Source: Oculina patagonica
Taxonomy: Eukaryota
Reading direction: 5' to 3'
NCBI RefSeq assembly: GCF_052425735.1
Contig: NC_135760.1
Coordinates: forward strand, 13,454,001-13,518,000
DNA: 64,000 bases
Shown: in pieces, positions 58,901-64,000 of the stretch
Numbering within the stretch: position 1 is the stretch's first letter
Layout: each line of letters opens with the position of its first letter
Notes under the pieces: model-generated
The model's input: the letters and a program-made list of their open reading frames with translations, nothing else
Database searches by the model: none
What the model was told of the DNA's origin: nothing
Program-made: the position numbers and the translations under genes

Positions 58901-61900
58901 CGAAATCAATACAACACACCTCTCTTTTTCCAGTCTCTTGACTGTGTTTTGCGTCTGGACCGAGGAAGCCTGGTCACCACAAATCTCCGCAAGCTTTCTC
59001 AGGGCTTGTTTAAGTTCCAGTGCCTGCTCGGTCAGTGAGGGCGGTTTCTCTTCATCTTCAGAAGTTTGAGAACAATCTTGTTCTTCTTCGCTTGCTTCAG
59101 GAATGGGACTTAATTTGTCACAACGTGTCTCCGGCTGACATGTAAAAAGAAATAAATCGAAATGTCAATGTAATCAACGAGTTTCAAACACCCGTTAAAT
59201 TGCTCACTTTTCAGTAACTATTTTTTCCATTTTATTTTACTTATAATTGTTATGCTCTTGTATAATGGCTGTAAATTTGTTGTTTTTTTTTTAAGTTTTA
59301 GATTATTGTTGTAGGCGCCTTTGGTCATATTCATATGATAATTTACGCCGAATACGTATTAAATTATTATTATAAATTATTATTATTGTTACTTACAGGT
59401 CTTAATTCCAGCTCGTTGTCTCTCATCGCTCTTGCCTCCAAAATACTTTGTACGAGAGAATTAGCAGGCACATAGTACTTGTTGTTCACGTCACTTCCGG
59501 GACTTCTCGTGATAGGCACTTCCGGCGTCACTTTCTCTTTATCATCGACCTGGAATGAGAAATAAAAAACTCAAAATAATTTACAAATAAGATTAAATTC
59601 GTGAGGTATGTTAGTCAAAAAATTGTTTCTTATCCATACCTCTTCGAGAGAAGACTCTTTACTAAATTTCCAAAGCAAATCGTTGACTAGATCAGAGATC
59701 TCGCTTAGTTCTTTTGCGGTGTCCGCTATAATTGCCTCTTGCTGTAAGACAATCCAGTGGGCCTGGGACTGAGTAGCATCCAGTTCCTCTTGTTTGTCCT
59801 GTAAAAGGTCCCTGAAAAAAGAGCAAGAGTGCAATCAGAGCGTCTTCAAGAAGAAGAAATCAAGAAAAACTTAACTTACGGTTTACGTCTCCCTGTTTAT
59901 CTTGCAGTGTGGATTTAAAATAATCTGAGCACTTCTCTGTACAATCACGTGATTATAGTAGCTACCTTGAGAATTTTACTTCTTCTACAAGTTCTTCATA
60001 TTTCTCGGACTTGCTCCTCAAAGATGCATCTAATTCAGTCTTCTCCAGTTTGTTTAGTTTTAACTGCAAAACCAAAAAAAGACAGTTTGTAAGCTAAGTC
60101 AAGTGAAACAAGTGATCTTCAACACGATTCCTTCCCAATACCCATAATACAGTAGAATCCCCATTTCTTGATTCCAGGGAAAAGGAAATCACTATGGTTC
60201 CAGAAATCGGAGGTAGAATTACAGACGAGTACTATCCAAGGGAAACGAAAATTGGTTCGAGAAATCAGAGAGTCTCGAGAAACCGAGACTTCTCAGTGCT
60301 GTTGATCATACATTGCACATCAATGCTATATCCCTCGCATTATCAATGCTTTGTTGAGCAGACATGTATGCACAACAAAGCATTGATACTGCGAGAACCC
60401 AAAAATGGTACACATATTAGCCACCTGAATGTTGCGACTCTCTCTGTTCAGTGAAAGTAGCGATAGGAAACGACTGTTGAAAACTTATACGTAAATCGGA
60501 GAGAAACGTCTGGGTCACATTTAAGGATAAACGGGTTAATTACCTGGTTTTCCATTTCGGACAATGTAAACTCGAGATTTCTTCGCTCTTCTTCAGTGAA
60601 TTCATTCATTTCCTGTTGTTGACACTGTATGTACTACACAACAGCAATATATAAAAACACAAACAATCACAATTTGTCCATGTTTATTAAAGGGCATCAG
60701 AGTGCAGGTATCAAGACAAAAACACAAATAGCAGTTCTGTAAGTACACATTTCAACAAGAAACACTGTAAGTATAAAATACACTGATACTGATAATATAA
60801 ATTGTCAAATATTTCTTTAAATGAAAGACCATTTATTCGAGACTCATGTGACTGTAAGAGCTCTTGTCTTTTGGGATTAGACACAATCAGGTTTGCTAAA
60901 GAGCTTCATAATGAATATACATTGAGGATAATACATGGTTGCGCGGAGATATAAAAATTTATCTTCAAGTGTTTAAATCGATAGCTCACGAGTGAGATAT
61001 CGGTTTTGAACACGTGAAGATAAATTTCATATATCCAAGCAACCATGTATTATTCTGTTTATTATATAAACCTACTAATTATGATGTTTTTGATGAATTT
61101 CCGAAGATTTCCGACCATTTTCCGAAGATTTTCAAAATGTTGTCCGAAGGTCATACGAAAGTTTCCAAACATTTTCCAAACTTTTCCAAAAAGTTCTGAA
61201 TATTACCGAAGATTGTCGAGAAAGATGCGAAGATGTTTCGACTTAATATCTATAAACTTTTACTCATTAAGCATTGAAACATGGCAAACTCTGCGAGCTG
61301 ATTGTTAATAAAATTAATGATATCACACGTGTGGATATCATTTTTATCCACACATGTGTGATACCATTTTTATCGATTTGCTACCACTCGCTATATCACT
61401 GCAGTTTATATAATAAAATGCAATACGACTGCATGCAACAAAGGAACAGCCATTGAAAAAATAATAAAAATTAATTTTTGTCTGCAAAATTCACACCCTA
61501 AGGCTGCTTCTGCCTAAGGTTAAAGGCCTTGCTCAAAAAGAAACATATTCACAAACTATATTTCTCTGGTTTAGCTCATACCTCCAGTTGTTCCAGTGAG
61601 GTGGCAAGCTTCACTTTTAAGTCATTTATTTCTCTTTGTTGTCTGTTAAAAACATCTTCTTGGCGTGAGATTTCCATTTTATGAATGTCTAGCTCTGCTG
61701 TCATATAATTAATTTGTCCAACTAGCTTCTCGCACTGCTCTTTCATCTCCTTTTCACTTTCTCTGAAATCAGTAAAAATAAAAATTGCACTTAATGTAGC
61801 AGCTCTCTATCAGTATAACAATCAAAAACTTGAATTGCCAAATGTTTATACTTAAGGAATTCAACCTACAATCTTGGGGCAATGACCAATCAACACAATT

Positions 61901-63675
61901 TGCAGTGCATAAAAGATCTCTGGCCACTGACTGTTAACCAAAATATGACTATTTTGTATAAATTGCAAGTCCTGAGTTTGATAACCACTGAGAGACTGAA
62001 ATAAAAAAACCACTTTGTTGAAAAGTCTGACGGCCTTTTCTTTGTCACATATGCTTAGTGATATCCTAAGGGATCAGGGGCTGGTTGTTCAAAGGGTGGG
62101 TAACACTATCCACCGGATAAATTGCTATACAGTGGATAACTGTTGACAAAACATACTACGCTATCCACTGGATAGTGATTTATCCAGTGTTATCCACCCT
62201 TTGATTAACTGGGCCCAGGGAAAGAAAAAACATACCCAATATCCTAGAACAAGCTAATTTGAAAGCAAACTTTTGACTTGATGTTTCATTCTAGTGGAAG
62301 AGTATCTGTTACCTTGATTTACTGAGTTCATTGTTTCTGTCCATGCAGTGTTTTCTGCTCTCTTCTAGAAGCTGTGAGTTTGTCTCTAAAGACAAACTTA
62401 GTTCATCTATCTGATAATGATATGAGAATAACTAATATAAATAGTGTCCTGTTACAAATACATTGTTTTTCCAGTAATAAAATTTAAAGAAACATGGAAT
62501 GATCTTACAAGTTTTCTTGTTTGTTGCAGTTATGCTTTAAACTGCATTTTACATTACAACTTCTGTTAGCAGCACAGTCTTTGGCGAGTTGAAAAAAAAT
62601 CTCTGTGTTATTATTACTAAAAAAGGTACAAAGTGCTGGAAAAACTATGTACAGTTCCAAAGGATCGGAGGTGTGGTCATATGTGCTTCACCATAAAAGT
62701 AAATTTAATAATTTTTAAAACTCAGACAACAAGTCACCTGATATTGAAGTACTGTTTCATTCTCCTTACTTGAGGCCACAAATTTCTCTGCTTCTGAAGA
62801 AGCATTCTGTCATGAAATAAATACCAAAATTCACAATGACTATATAACTGCATAATAAACAATATATTCTTAGTATTTACATGAGACACATTTCTTGAAA
62901 GTTTTTTTTTGAAATTAACAATAAATTTGAGAACACAGTGAGACCTGCATTAAGTTGACTGTTTCTTTACAAAAGTGGTCATGTCTGGTCTGTTTTTTAA
63001 CAGGTGCATACCCAATTTTCTCTAATGTGTAAACATGCTTAAGGGTCAAGAATGGGAGAGAGCCAACAGGTAGAACTTACAGTTTAATCTTATAACTGAA
63101 TTCTTCTTACTAATTGCAATATACAATTATTTCTTCGGCTAGACACACTCGGGTATTTTCAACTGCTTAGCTGTTTTTTATGCAACAAAATATTTAAATT
63201 GTCTCACCTCTAACCTATCCACCAGTCCTTTTAATGTAATGCAATGCATCCTGTTTTGTTGTACTTCATTGTCCTTCTGTTCCACAAGTTTATTAAGTCT
63301 TTCCACTTCAGAAATATTTTTATCTCTTTCTTGTGTTACCTTCTCTAAAGTTTCTTGAAGCTCTTTGTAATTCTCACTAACAGTTTTATTGTTTTTTATT
63401 TGTTTGTTTAGTTTAGCCACAAGATCTTTTAGTTGGGCAGTTTCTTTACGACTTGAGAACAGAACTTCGCTGACGCCCTTTGTCTCCTGCCTGCTTTTTT
63501 GTAAGTCCTTCTTCAAACCAGGAAGTTCTAATAACATCTCTTGTAACTGATCACGCTGCTGTTGTAGCTCACAAAGCTCTTTTGTTTTTAATGCTAATTC
63601 CTTTTCAAGTGCACCAGTGTTTATTGTTGTGGTTGCAGTGGAAGCATTCAGTAGTTTCTTTGTTCTTAATTGCTC
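55919..63675 (-). CDS. Large coiled-coil protein, 5'-partial (continues beyond window); ~14 exons including 63207-63675, ~62738-62808, ~62314-62411, ~61582-61763, ~60544-60635, ~59966-60064, ~59639-59811, ~59397-59549, ~58920-59135, ~58425-58659, ~57726-57917, ~57305-57392, ~56776-56877, 55919-~56005
   Basis: Heptad-rich E/K/Q/L exons bounded by GT-AG sites and ending ...IRVLEGNIQKAETEICRLDALVEKIRL|ILHQYHDVIRSCPDLSKLLSFLDGEDIQ*. Family not recognised; internal exon boundaries are approximate. Confidence 0.8.
56374..56437. mobile_element. 64-bp miniature element with 9-bp TSD
   Basis: CAGTGCGAG|TAGGCTCGATTTC ... GAAATGGAGCCCA|CAGTGCGAG. Confidence 0.7.
56974..57012 (+). ncRNA. Degenerate minimal hammerhead-like motif
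   Basis: TTCCA-CT_AAGA-A-GGGG cagtta CCCC-GAAA-CGTA-TGGAA. Stems I and II are intact; core G5 is missing. Confidence 0.5.
62078..62218. mobile_element. Short palindromic MITE (TATCCAC.GGATA subrepeats)
   Basis: GGCTGGTTGTTCAAAGGGTGG ... CCACCCTTTGATTAACTGGGCC. Confidence 0.6.
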
Positions 63676-64000
63676 CTGAAAGATAATCAAGCTGTGGTCT
63701 TAGAATAATATTATTGCAGGTTCTTCTGTGAGAAATGTTGGGTGCCCAGCTCGATCTTAAAAGCTTAAATTATGATAGGAAAGTTACACAGGTTGACTTA
63801 AGACAAAAGTACCGGTAAATCCTTTTCTCTTGCCAGTTTTTATAAATTTCCTACATTACAAGGCTGTGCTCTAAGAAAAATTACAAGGAGCCCAAAGATT
63901 CCAAACTATGAGATCCAGGGTGCCCTGCATAAAGCTTGTATGAAAGAAATAAGATTATCTGGTCGCCCAAAGACGAAAGTTAGTCGCCTGAGGCACCCAG

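Overview
Eukaryotic, intron-rich, AT-rich animal genomic DNA. The repeat families and gene style suggest a cnidarian such as a stony coral (inference). Nine protein-coding genes were reconstructed by hand from GT-AG exons: PRKRIP1 (5'-partial, +), C1QBP/p32 (-), a PP1 catalytic subunit (+), an unnamed ~950-aa ankyrin-repeat protein (-), COQ5 (+), two tandem LC8 dynein light chains (-), SRSF1/9 (+) and a GT10 alpha-1,3-fucosyltransferase (-). A tenth, 5'-partial, long coiled-coil protein gene (-) runs off the right edge. Introns and intergenic DNA are dense with MITEs (Tc1/pogo, Harbinger, piggyBac, Mutator-like) and SINE fragments. One intron holds a young 5'-truncated Penelope-like retroelement (RT + GIY-YIG) with a ~460-bp inverted copy of its 3' end. 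Main highlights: (1) about eight minimal hammerhead-ribozyme-like motifs, including a U3-A8 core variant pair in the Penelope arms and a 122-bp TSD-flanked hammerhead insertion just downstream of a DYNLL gene; (2) COQ5-DYNLL-SRSF order and orientation matching human 12q24.31; (3) probable gene conversion between the DYNLL copies; (4) a perfect 87-bp intronic palindrome; (5) candidate NMD-triggering 3'UTR introns in SRSF1. Several T-depleted, G-rich stretches inside repeats look like assembly artefacts and generate spurious long ORFs. No CRISPR array, rRNA or intact tRNA was found.
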